Assembly (NCBI RefSeq): GCF_000150275.1
Contig: NW_002060947.1
Coordinates: 2,283,740 to 2,347,739, forward strand
DNA from: Trichoplax adhaerens
Taxonomy: Eukaryota > Animalia > Placozoa
Reading direction: 5' to 3'
DNA: 64,000 bases
Shown: positions 29,701-41,075 of the stretch, one piece after another
Layout of the letters: every line of letters starts with the position of its first letter
How positions within the stretch are numbered: the first letter of the stretch is position 1
Notes under the pieces: model-generated
The model's database searches: none
Seen by the model: the letters and a program-made list of their open reading frames with translations, nothing else
Told to the model about the DNA's origin: nothing
Made by a program: the position numbers and the translations under genes

Positions 29701-32700
29701 GTGAGAGTTGTACACATTGCAAGTAATGACCTGAGCAATTGTACACATGCAAAGTATAAACAACTGAAATATTATGAACTGGGATAGGGATTGGTGGTCT
29801 AATTTTCTTATAGTAGAAATTTGAACTAAAGCTATAGAATTTAATGGTTTAAGGAGTTATCAAGTTACAAATGATAACTAATCAGTGATTGTATTAATTG
29901 AGAAATTATTTGTCATGATACTGACTTAGAAGATGAAAAGCTTAGTTTCGTAACATCAAACATATGTTAGAACTAATCAGAGCAGTAATATAAGTTTAAT
30001 ATCTGAATCGTACGATCAGTTCTTACCACGTTTGCCGGGGTTAAAAAACTGTCCATCTAGGTTATAAAAGGGTAAGAAATATTGTGAGGTTAACCATATA
30101 TAAGCAAAATTTTGATATATTTAATTTTAACTTGGTAACTTTTCCAACCTCTTCTGCTTCCAAAAAACTGTGCATCTGATTTATCGAAATTGTAATTGAA
30201 TGTTGGGTTAGAAAGGGATTAAATAATTGATTTAATCAGTTTTCATAATCGATCCTGACCTCCTCTACTGCCAAAGAATTGTTCGTCTGCTTTTTAAAAG
30301 GTAAAACTAATTGTTAGACTAGAAGGGATCAAACATTTGATATCAACTCATATAATCTAAGTGAATTTAATGAACTCTGCAACTATAATCGTTTCCTACC
30401 TTTTCCGCTTCTCTGACCAAAAAATTGGGTATCTGAATCGCAAGATTCCGTAAAGTAAACGATATGATCACAGAGAATCACTAAAAATGAAAAAAACCTG
30501 ACAAGTCATTTCATACCTCGTCTTCGGTCAGGACTGAAAAATTGTGTGTCTAATACGAAAATTTGAGAAAGTAGGTATTCATAACATTAGTATCATAGAG
30601 TTGATAATTAAATGCTTGGTAAACGTACTATTTACCGTATCTACGGCCTGGATTGAAAAATTGGGCGTCTAATTTAAAATTGTAGAGGAAAAACGTTATG
30701 TATTGTCTTATGATTAGTCATTATGGGCAAGTTATAATTATTTTGCTATTATTGAGCTATTTCTAATGATTAAAGTATTTATTGTTATGTATTGGTTGCT
30801 TAGTGAGCTTTCCAGGGTTGAAAAACTGACCATCTAGACAGTAAAATGTAAATTACTTATCTTTTTGATAAATGAATGATAGCATCAAACGATGGAAATA
30901 TTATACGCATATAATTATTTGCAAGATAAATACGTGTTTGTTTCATACCACGTTTGCCTGGGTTAAAAAATTGACCATCTAGTTTGTGGAAAACAAAGTT
31001 TGCACAATTTTAAAGATAAAATAATAGCAACAGTAGGCTGTAATATCATTATCGAATAGTATCTGTTCTTTTTCTTACCACGCTTGCCAGGATTGAAGAA
31101 CTGATCATCTAAATTACATAATGTAAAGCACCATATTTATAATTTGGCAAAGGAATAATATTTGTCAAGAATAATTACATGCGCGCATGTGCTTCTTACC
31201 GCGTTTGCCTTTATCGAAAAACTGTCCTTCTAGATTATGTAAAGTAAAGTTCTTACATTATTGGCAATAGAAGTAATACGGTAGTACTTACTGTAAGGAT
31301 GGAATTATCATTATCAAGGATGATAAGACATCTGTTTCTTACCGCGCTTGCCAGGATTGAAAAATTGACCATCTAGATTTTGGGAAATAAATAGTTAATA
31401 TTCTTTGACAAAAGAATAATCTTGTATATGTGACGCAAAAAATTATAATTGTCAAGACTAATTTAGTCTAGTTTCATACCGCGCTTGCCAGGGTTGAAAA
31501 ATTGATTATCTAGATTTTGGAAAATAAAATTATACACGTGACGAACGAATAATGATGTCTAATGATGCAATATCATAATCCGAATAATTATCTATTTTTT
31601 TACCGTATTTGCGGGAATGGAAAAACTGGTCATCTAGATTATAGAAAGTAAAATACTCAAATCATTAAAGAAGGATGAGCACCTTCCAATAATAGAAATA
31701 TCAAAATCAAGGTTAAATATATTCTGTTTACTACCGCGTTTGCCAGGATTGAAGAACTGACCATCTAGATTTTAGAAAGTAAAGTCTGAATCATACTTTA
31801 TGATGAAGCATTAATGGTATCGAATCGTAGAAATATCAATGTTAAGAATGGTTATATTATACATTTATTTCTTACCGCGTCTACCAGGATTGAAAAACTG
31901 ATCGTCTAGATTATAGAAGTAAAGCAATTACTTTTTTAATAAAGAAATGAAAGTATTCAACGATAAATGTATTATTATTAAGAAAGCATTATGTAGCTAT
32001 TTCTTACCGCGTTTACCAGGATTGAAAAACTGACCATCTAGATTGTAAAAGTAAAGCATATACTTTTTTAACGAAGGAATGAAAGTATTTAACGATAAAT
32101 GTATTATTATTGAGAAAGCATTATATAACTTTTTCTTACCGCGTTTACCAGGATTGAAAAATTGACCATCTAGATAGTATAAGTAAAGCATTTACTTTTT
32201 TAACGAAGAAATGAAAGTATTTATCGATGAATGTATTATTATTAAGAAAGCATTATATAACTATTTCTTACCGCGTTTACCAGGATTGAAAAATTGACCA
32301 TCTAGATAGTATAAGTAAAGCACTTACATTTTTTAACGAAAACATAAAGGTATGTGACGATAAAAATATCATTACTGAGAAACATTGTATAGTTTATTTC
32401 TTACCGCGTTTACCAGGATTGAAAAATTGACCATCTAGATTATTAAAGTAAAACGTTTACTTTTTAGCGAAGAAATGAAAGTATGTAGCGATAAATGCAT
32501 TATTGAGAAAGTATTATTATATAACTATTTCTTACCGCGTTTACCAGGATTAAAAAACTGATCATCTAGATTATTAAAGTAAAGCATTTACTTTTTTAGC
32601 GAAGAAATGAAAGTATGTAACGATAAATGCATTATTGAGAAAGTATTATTATATAACTATTTCTTACCGCGTTTACCAGGATTAAAAAATTGATCATCTA

Positions 32701-35294
32701 GATTATTAAAGTAAAGCATTTACTTTTTTAGCGAAGAAATGAAAATATGTAACGATAAATGCATTATTAAGAAAGTATTATTATATAACTATTTCTTACC
32801 GCGTTTACCAGGATTAAAAAACTGATCATCTAGATTATTAAAGTAAAGGATTTACATTTTTGACGAAAAAATGAAAGTATGTAACAATAACATCATCATT
32901 ACTGAGAAAACATTATATAACTATTTCTTACCGCGTTTACCAGGATTAAAAAACTGATCATCTAGATTATTAAAGTAAAATATTTACATTTTTGACGAAA
33001 AATTGAAAGTACGTAACTACAACAATATCATTACTGAGAAAACGTAATATAATTATTTCTTACCGCGTTTACCAGGATTGAAAAACTGATCATCTAGATT
33101 ATAAGAGTAAAGCATTTACTTTTTTGACGAAAAAATGAAGTATGCAACGATAAAAATATCACTATTGAGAAAACACTGTGCAACTACTTCTTACCGCGTT
33201 TATCAGGGTTGAAAAACTGATCATCTAGATAGTATAAGTAAAGCATTTTACTTTTGACGAAAAAATGAAGGTACGTAACTATAAAAATATCACTGATGAG
33301 AAAACATTATACAACAATTTCTTACCGCGTTTACCAGGGTTGAAAAACTGATCATCTAGATCGTATAAGTAAAGCACTTACATCTTTAGCAAAGGAATAA
33401 TACTATTTGGCAATATAATTATAAAACTATCGTTTCATGAATCATATGTAAGAAAATACATAATTATGTTTTAAGAATAGATAACAGCAAATTGATAATA
33501 TAGTACTTTAGTGAAGTGCGTCGTTTATCCGTGCATTCAGCATTAGATTGAAAATTTAATCTCTAATTCGCAAAACTAACTTTTAAAGCTACGGCTTATG
33601 TATGACGAAAGCTTTATCTAAACACCTAAATTCGACTTAAATCTAAATGCGAAACATTCGAATTGAAATTATCTAAGTAAAGCCACTAAGATGAATTTGT
33701 TACTTTGCTCTTTTTTTTTCCAGAAAATTGAATATAGAGTAGTATACAAGAAATAGATTATATTAAGGAAATTCCGTTGCGGTAAAACATTTTTGGCTCT
33801 ATAGATTTAATAACTATATTTTATGAATGATTATAAATTATGTTTAAGTTGTTTTTATTGTTTAGAAATTTGGTAGAAGTAGTCACTACTGTATTTAGTA
33901 ATCTACTAAATTTATCTACAATTTATTATCGAATGTAAATAAAATTTAATTACAAAATTAGTATTGACATCATACCTTTTTTTTGTAGGTTGTCTTCTAG
34001 AGAATGGAAAATAATTCATTATTAGAGACGATTAGTACTGCATTAACTAAAGTGGTTAAGTTACTTTATAAGTGTCACTTAATATTAGCTAAAGTATGGC
34101 GCTAGTAATTATTACATAATAGTCAAATACGGCAATACTTGTGGAGATAAGACATAAAGTGTCATTATAATATGATTTACTGTAGCTATTATTGTCTTGA
34201 ACAATTACAGAACAACCGCGTATAAGCTGTGATCACCAATTGATCTACGTATGGTCGTGTAAAAGAGATATGTATAGCACTGCTTCCGCAGAATTTTAAA
34301 TAATAGATAATTCTAACACAATTTGTGCACTTATCCAATTAAGAACGAATACGTACTATTTTACTATCTCGAAACTCATTAATTTGAAATAGTATGGTAC
34401 TTTCTTAACTTTATCGCAGATTACTAACTTTTATGGCCAGTAAATCGATCGTTACAGAAATTATTGCAATTAGGTACAATTTTTTGTACCATACTTCTAG
34501 ATTGGAAGTATTAACATAGCGCAAGCAAAAGAAGCTTCAAGAGTAGAAATACAGTAACTTTGTCGGATATCGAATTGGATGCTCTGTTAGTTCGGAGTTA
34601 CAAGTAAGCGCTTACCATCGCAACTATTCTTTTTCTATGAATCCAAGTATTGTAATGATAACTAATCATCTACAGATTTAGTAGAGTGAAAGAGCTATGG
34701 CATTTGGTGCCATTTATAAATTTAATTTGATGATATGCAAACTAATCAGAAAATGCGCATTCTAACAACATACATATTTACGTATTGTCCATATGTTTTA
34801 TCGGATTATGAATTATGGAGGAAAGGGATGATTCACAAAGGTGAATATCGACAATACGATAGCAAACTGGATACAAAATAAATATCGATCATTTTGCTTA
34901 CCGGATCTAGCAACCTTTACGGCTTTTGAGGCATCTAATTTCACGGATGAATTAGTAATAACTACTTTAACGCGCATGTTTCGAAATTCATTAAATTTAA
35001 AGTTATGCCAAAATTAAAAAATAAGCATCGTTTGTACCTTCAGCTTCCTTTTTAAAGAAAGGATTAAATTGTCTCTTGTTAGTTTCTGCTTTACTATCTG
35101 ATTCGTCTACGTTTTAAATTTTCGTTCAAAATGCAATTTTATAAGTCGTTATGTTGATTTTAAGTTATTGTTATATCGAAAGAAATATGTGCAATTTAGT
35201 TTAAAAAATGGTAACAAATAGAGATATTACCTTTAGCTGCGATGATAAGAGGCAAGGCCACGGAGGCGACAAGCAATATGAAAAGGGTTTTCAT
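26785..35294 (-). CDS. FFNPamide neuropeptide precursor (~403 aa), ~37 coding exons, one peptide per micro-exon
   Basis: Signal exon 35294-35231 (MKTLFILLVASVALPLIIAAK); 35106-35038 (..KRQFNPFFKK..); 34934-34902; 33996-33976. Then 30 intact QFF micro-exons with low coordinates 33326, 33195, 33064, 32932, 32800, 32668, 32536, 32405, 32272, 32140, 32008, 31876, 31735, 31604, 31480, 31343, 31200, 31079, 30949, 30636, 30517, 30400, 30260, 30149, 30027, 29405, 29237, 28684, 28480, 27696. Then 27437-27405, 27130-27071 and terminal 26819-26785 (GSAPVNPFFMY*). Every internal exon is YAG|3n nt|GT in phase 1. The non-repeat linker and tail exons are less certain than the QFF exons. Confidence 0.88.
30027..33360 (-). 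repeat. Tandem array of exon+intron units (~111-168 bp; 131-133 bp in the young core 31876-33355)
   Basis: Conserved core cttaccgcgtttaccaggattgaaaaactgatcatctaga recurs 26 times in this span. The intervening intron sequence is also homologous in the core and nearly identical across 32405-32830. Confidence 0.95.
30804..30833 (-). pseudogene. Dead FFNP micro-exon (pseudo-exon) with destroyed 5' splice site
   Basis: Acceptor intact (tag|ATGGTCAGTTTTTCAACCCTGGAAAGCTCA = DGQFFNPGKL), but the donor reads ctaag instead of gtaag and KR has become KL. Confidence 0.7.
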
Positions 35295-35538
35295 GTTTGG
35301 TCAAGTTTAATGTAGCGGGCAACTGTAGGGTTATTCGTTGATAGTTATTATAATTTAATTTGGCCAAAAAAATAATTATCTTTGCAATTTATTTTATGAT
35401 GAAGCATAATATTATTAAGAGAGTAAAATTATATGACAAATATGTAAGTAGATGTTTCATAAGATGAAATTACCCTTTATAGAGAACGCTTCCAATGGGT
35501 GAAAATCAGAAGTGCTTAAAATGAAGGCTACTATGCCC

Positions 35539-35546
35539 TTATATAT
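35539..35546 (-). promoter_or_regulatory. TATA-box candidate for the FFNPamide precursor gene
   Basis: atatataa on the minus strand, ~65 bp before a putative non-coding exon donor (agg|gtaatt at 35474/35473). Confidence 0.5.
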
Positions 35547-38500
35547 GTGCTTGTATGTTTGGAATTGGATACCTAATTACGTAAGATGCAAATATGTAAA
35601 ATACTAATATACCTTAAAATAACAGACTTTACTGTTATTGAATCAGAAAGAAATGTTTACATTACTTAAATTGCATATACCAGAACTTAAATATGTTTAT
35701 TGTCTCAGATCATCCTAGCACGATGATGTATTAGTCATTTCCTTGATAATATCAACACTTAAGTTTGGAGACCGATTTCTAATCAGCAATCATACGATTT
35801 ACTAGTTACAATCGCTGATGCTACAATTAGTCGCTTATATGCCGTTAAGTGTGCCGTATGTACCAAATAGAATAGGTGGACTATTATAGTGGCTTACGGT
35901 GTTTTCGTAATCTAAGCGTCACTTAATTATCGCATTTTCGGGTAATTCATTGTGATGAATGCCATATTAACAATAGGTTACGCAATGCCATACTGTCTAT
36001 TGAGCATTCTAATTCTAGATTGATTTAATTATCTTGTGTCATTTATTATAGTAACTATTATTATAGAATATAGCCTCTACCTTTTGGTAATTATCAAAAA
36101 GTCAAATGCTAATAGGACTATTTAGCGTGGTAAAGAATAATAGAGCTTCTATCAAAGGGATTTATTTTGCTTTGCTAGCTCTAGCAAAGTAGGGCAGAAA
36201 ATAGGTTACCGGAGGCAAATTTTACTAATTTTTAAGCCTCGATTATAGGCTAGTTAACGGATTTATGACAGTATATAGAACTTAGAATTAAAAATTCCTG
36301 TGATATTTGTAACTAGAAATTATCGACTTCTTTACTTATACCCATATTTCATCTTTCTATTTTAAATTAATGCGCCTGCTATAGTAATGCGCATGTAGAT
36401 TAGTATCAATTTGAAATATAAACTATTATTGCAAAATGTAATATATAAGGTGCGATATAATGGATAATCGTCAGATATTTATAGAAAATAGTGGTATTAA
36501 AAAAGAAATAAAAGAAATATCAAATAAAGAATAAATAATAAAGAATAAAGAAATAAAGAAACATCTTTCAAATAAGGTGCATTTAATAGATCAATTAATT
36601 GCGTCAGTGATCGTGAGGTTTGAAGATTAATACAATACATACATATATGGAATAATAACCGTCATCTTATCTGATAATAAATCTGGCTTAGTAAATTATG
36701 ATTGTTACAATACTTTAATGAGATTTATGGCAACAGAGTAAAATACTTCGTGGTACTTCTTCATACCCTTCTTGAGATGCTATATCCGATAGGCATAGTA
36801 TACTATATCTACGTATGATATAAGAAAGCGTAGCTCTGGAAACGGTAATTTTTTTCTGAGATAAGGGCTTTTCTAATCATGTATTGTCGATAAATTTCAT
36901 TTCGTAATGCCTCTATACAGTACGGAGGCTATGATAGATTAGATTAATAAATTTAATGATTTGTAAATCAGTGTGTAGCTATTACGTAATGAAAGATTTG
37001 TTTGCATATCATGACATTATTCAAGCATTTAGCAAACTCTTGTGTAAATATCCGAGAATCATCTTGTTTATTCTGCACTAAACGAATTTTAACAGCTAAA
37101 TTACGTAATTCCTTGGGTTGATTACTGTAACTGAGATTTGAAGTCAAAGCTTGTTATTACTCATTGTCTTCTTATAGAGCCAGATGTTAGGAATTAATAT
37201 CAGACTTTATGTTTCGAAGCTGTGAATGTACTATACTGTAAAGGATTCATGGCACTATTTTTTACCGGTGAATAACGGTATAATACTCATATACCTAAAT
37301 ACGTTTATATTTCATCAAGGAAAATAATAACTTTGGTGTTTCGAAATTAGTAGTCATTAACATTAAAGATTTGATGCGTATCAAATTTAATGCTTCCAGA
37401 GATTTGATACTCACGATAACATGCAATTAGAGCAGCCACTGATAGTTCCCTTAGCGTAAGTATTTGGATCGGTAGCTAAAGTATCATAATTTAGTAAAAC
37501 CTTATCTGTTGGGATCAATCAACGATAGAGTGAAAGAATGATCGAAAATAGTTGAAAATCCGTCAAGTAATATTTTTGATGGCTATGTACAATCATTTCC
37601 CATATTTATGTTGTTATTTTCGTTCGGGTACAGTATTCGGTATTTTTCTTTGATTGTGCGGTATGATCTTGATTGAAATTTCCTAAAAGTTGTTATCACA
37701 TGATAAGTGTTCCTCGGCCTTGTGAAGTTTGATAGATTTATAATGTTATATACTATATCTCTTTTAACATTAACCGTAATTAGGATTTACATTTTGAAAG
37801 TCTGTGTGCTGGATAACACATACTCATATTGATACGTAGATATGCGCGGATAGCTTGTCAGTTGGAAATTAGTAAGCAATAGGCTCCTTAACACAAGAGT
37901 AAATTCAGAATAAATGGTAAGTAATTAAGTCGGGTATTAAGTTATTAGATTTATGGTTTGACTTTATTCCATTATAATGTTGTTTCGATTGATTAATTAT
38001 ATGAATACGGCTGCAGGTATTGATAACAGCGTTAAAATCTCAATGGAAGCAATCGGTAATGTAATTTATAGGTATCTTCTTACATTTGATACAATCAAGA
38101 ATGTAAAATGGTCTTGCTTAGCAGCTATCTCATAAAGGACGAAATCTATGCTATATACAGTATTTGCGCATTTATCGGAATTGTTGCTGTTATATCGTCC
38201 AAATTGACTTGATTACTGTAATGCTCATATGCTGGTGAAATTTTGTTATTGCGTGCAATATTTGCGATTTACAGTTGATGCTTATTGTCATGAGCAGAAA
38301 TATTAACCTTGTTTGCCGCTGCATTCCAGAGTGTAGTGATGCAATAATGCATAGAAATAACTTGAATGGTTATAGCAAAATAAAATGACTCGTGTCAAGT
38401 TTATGAGTTGTAAAATAAATTGATTGGCCGTGTGAAAATTTTGTACTCATGCACGTACATTGTGAGTCGTGTTAATATTGCTTTTGCGCCGAATTATGAA

Positions 38501-39212
38501 TGCTAATCATTTTATAAGTACTAGTCGATCCTTCTCTTGTTTTATTTCGCGTGCTATACTTGTACCCTTTACATTATCACTATCACCCAGTGTGCAGATA
38601 GCCTAGGCATAGCTGGTAATTATTTACTAGAATGAAAGGAGTAAAAATACTTATTAAGTAAAATAAGCGTAGATAAATTTAATTCAGATATGGAAAGAAA
38701 GAAAGTACAACTCAAATGATCTTGAATGAGCTTTTGTTCAGGTCAGGTATGCTCATATTAAAGAGTTCTCTTTCTGAGACGATAGGGAGGGGAGGGGAAA
38801 TGTACAGTACAGTAATAAACTGATAGCGATGATCGAGCCATGTACAGTATACTTAGACTGGAAAGGGAATATGACATATGTAGAACAATTTTGCACTTGA
38901 GCAATAAAGAAGTTACTTTATTGTATGTTATTGTACTCATTGTAAGCATATTTGAGACAGCAAATGACTCATTTTACAGTAATATGCAGGTATACTTTAG
39001 TTATACGCACAGTGATGTATTTTTTACAACAATCAAGCAATTTAAGCTTTAGAACATTACTCATCTGAGTGTACAATTATAATATACGCTTATCATTATA
39101 CAACGAGATCCCTTACATTGATATTGCAATTTTGGCATCAATTTATACCAAATTGATCGCAAATGCATGGCTTTAATATGTACGGTGTTAAGATCACTGG
39201 ATACTAGTTAGG

Positions 39213-39262
39213 NNNNNNNNNNNNNNNNNNNNNNNNNNNNNNNNNNNNNNNNNNNNNNNNNN
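39213..39262. other. Assembly gap (50 N)
   Basis: Run of n characters. Confidence 1.
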
Positions 39263-39847
39263 GGGACCTTTATTACTCCAAAGCACTAATATAGCTCCGA
39301 CTGCTTGTATAGTCGCAATTTCTCGTGGCATGTGGCCACCAACTCCTTTTATAGTCAACTCACTGTGGACCCATAAGATGATATGCTACATATAAAACTG
39401 TATTATACAGTACTGTACAATACTATTAGTATAAATAGTGTTCTGTTACATCAGTTAACTGTTAGAACGTAGCAGTACGATTAGAAATACGTATCATACG
39501 GATAGCTCTTGATTTCGAGATTCTCTACCAGTGATTATTAAGCTAATTTTCATCCGGATAAAGATTAATCAATTAGTAGGTAACTTTCTACAATAAGAGA
39601 TCTATGTGTATTGGAAGGTCCATCACGGTTGGTATTTTTTGAGCGTTTCACTTACAGTCTTTACTACTCAAACATATCGATGAAAACAGATCACATTGTA
39701 CATCATACCAACAAAAAAACTAGATTAAGAAAACTGATCTTAGCGTATCTACTAGTTTAGTACTGTACTGAAAGACCTTTCCTCATTAACATTCCTGCAG
39801 GCTTACTGTACTGTACAATGAGTACTGAGCGGTGTTGTGCAACGGAG

Positions 39848-39997
39848 TGAAAAGCCAACTCGAACCCGATCAAATTGCTGGCTTACTAACCCGAATTGAG
39901 TGCAAACGCTATACAAACACTGTACCATCACAGAAATTCTGAATCCGAATCCCGCCTTCGTGTCGGGTTTAAATCGGGTTTCGGGTTGACTTTGCAC
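39848..39997. mobile_element. MITE-like element with imperfect terminal inverted repeats and internal CCCGAA/TTCGGG motifs
   Basis: Left gtgaaaagccaactcgaacccgat versus right atcgggtttcgggttgactttgcac (reverse complement gtgcaaagtcaacccgaaacccgat); GC-rich relative to flanks. No TSD identified. Confidence 0.4.
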
Positions 39998-40059
39998 ACA
40001 TCCGTGCTTCTGAGTAAAGTACGGTACGACAATACGGAAAACTCCAATACCGTACATTT

Positions 40060-40530
40060 ATTACAGTACAGTACAGTACTATTTATCGAGTGTACTTGCC
40101 GAGCATGAGCAGTGCAGGTGAACGATTTGATCGAAAATGTTAAGTCTTTACAAAGGGTGCGTTACTTAAAAAAACGCGTACTGTAACTGCAGCCTACAGT
40201 ACAGGGCAGACCTGACAGTGCAGGGTGACCCTTTCGCAAACTCCACTACAGTACAGTACAGTACCTCGTACAGTGTACAGTACTGTACAGTGTACTGTAC
40301 AGTACCTCGTACAGTGCACAGTACACATACAGTACTAACACGGACTTCGGAGACAGATACTGTATTGTACAATGTATAGTACAGTACAGTACTGTACTGT
40401 ACACTGATTTTTTCGCTTCAGGCTACTGTACAGTACAGTACACTGTACTGTACACTGTACTGTACAGTACGTACTGTACTGTACAGTAAGGGTCTCTAGT
40501 GTACTGTACAGTGTACAGTGTACTGTATAG
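40060..40530. repeat. TACTGTACAG satellite block upstream of IQUB
   Basis: Dense tactgtacagtacagt runs ending ~550 bp before the IQUB ATG. Confidence 0.85.
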
Positions 40531-41075
40531 TAGATAAAATGAAATGTTTATTACCATGGAAACAGATGCTGTAGCCTGTAAACCTGTAAATCTTTTGGTC
40601 TTCATGTTATGCATGTTCATTTTGTATTTATAGTACTGTCTAGTAAATGATACGATATATATATAACGTAATCTAACGAATGATAGTCTATTGCATTCGA
40701 AACAACCGTGTCTCAGTCTTATTAGCTATAAATTGGTTACCACTGCAATATTTGGCGAATTAAACCCAGGTACTGGTTGCAAAAGTGACTAAAAATTATA
40801 AATTTTAAAATTTGATCACATAAATAGAAGAGTTGATCATATTAGCGTAATGCAGCGTATTAAAATTTGCCATATAGTAGATATAGTATACACGAATTTG
40901 ATTATAAGTTTGTATAGTAAATACAGTAATTATTTTAGTATCAACACTAAAAGATCTGCAGTAAATGCCATGAGTGTAACTATAAGTAATCACTGTCAGT
41001 TTAAAACTAAATTTAGTTTATGACTTACGATTTTGCAATTATGATTTCATGTCTTTCTCATATTCCGTAGGTAAT

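Noticed and set aside
30027-33360. CRISPR-like appearance (conserved ~38-bp repeats separated by ~100-bp spacers)
   Set aside because: Eukaryotic context with no cas genes; the spacers are homologous to one another; the repeats are splice-site-bounded coding micro-exons with synonymous variation.
34490-34634. Extra candidate micro-exons in the FFNP gene (34490-34496, 34616-34634)
   Set aside because: Lengths are not multiples of 3 and one contains an in-frame stop.
36500-36562. (AAAGAAAT)n-like purine run
   Set aside because: Simple low-complexity sequence with no further structure.
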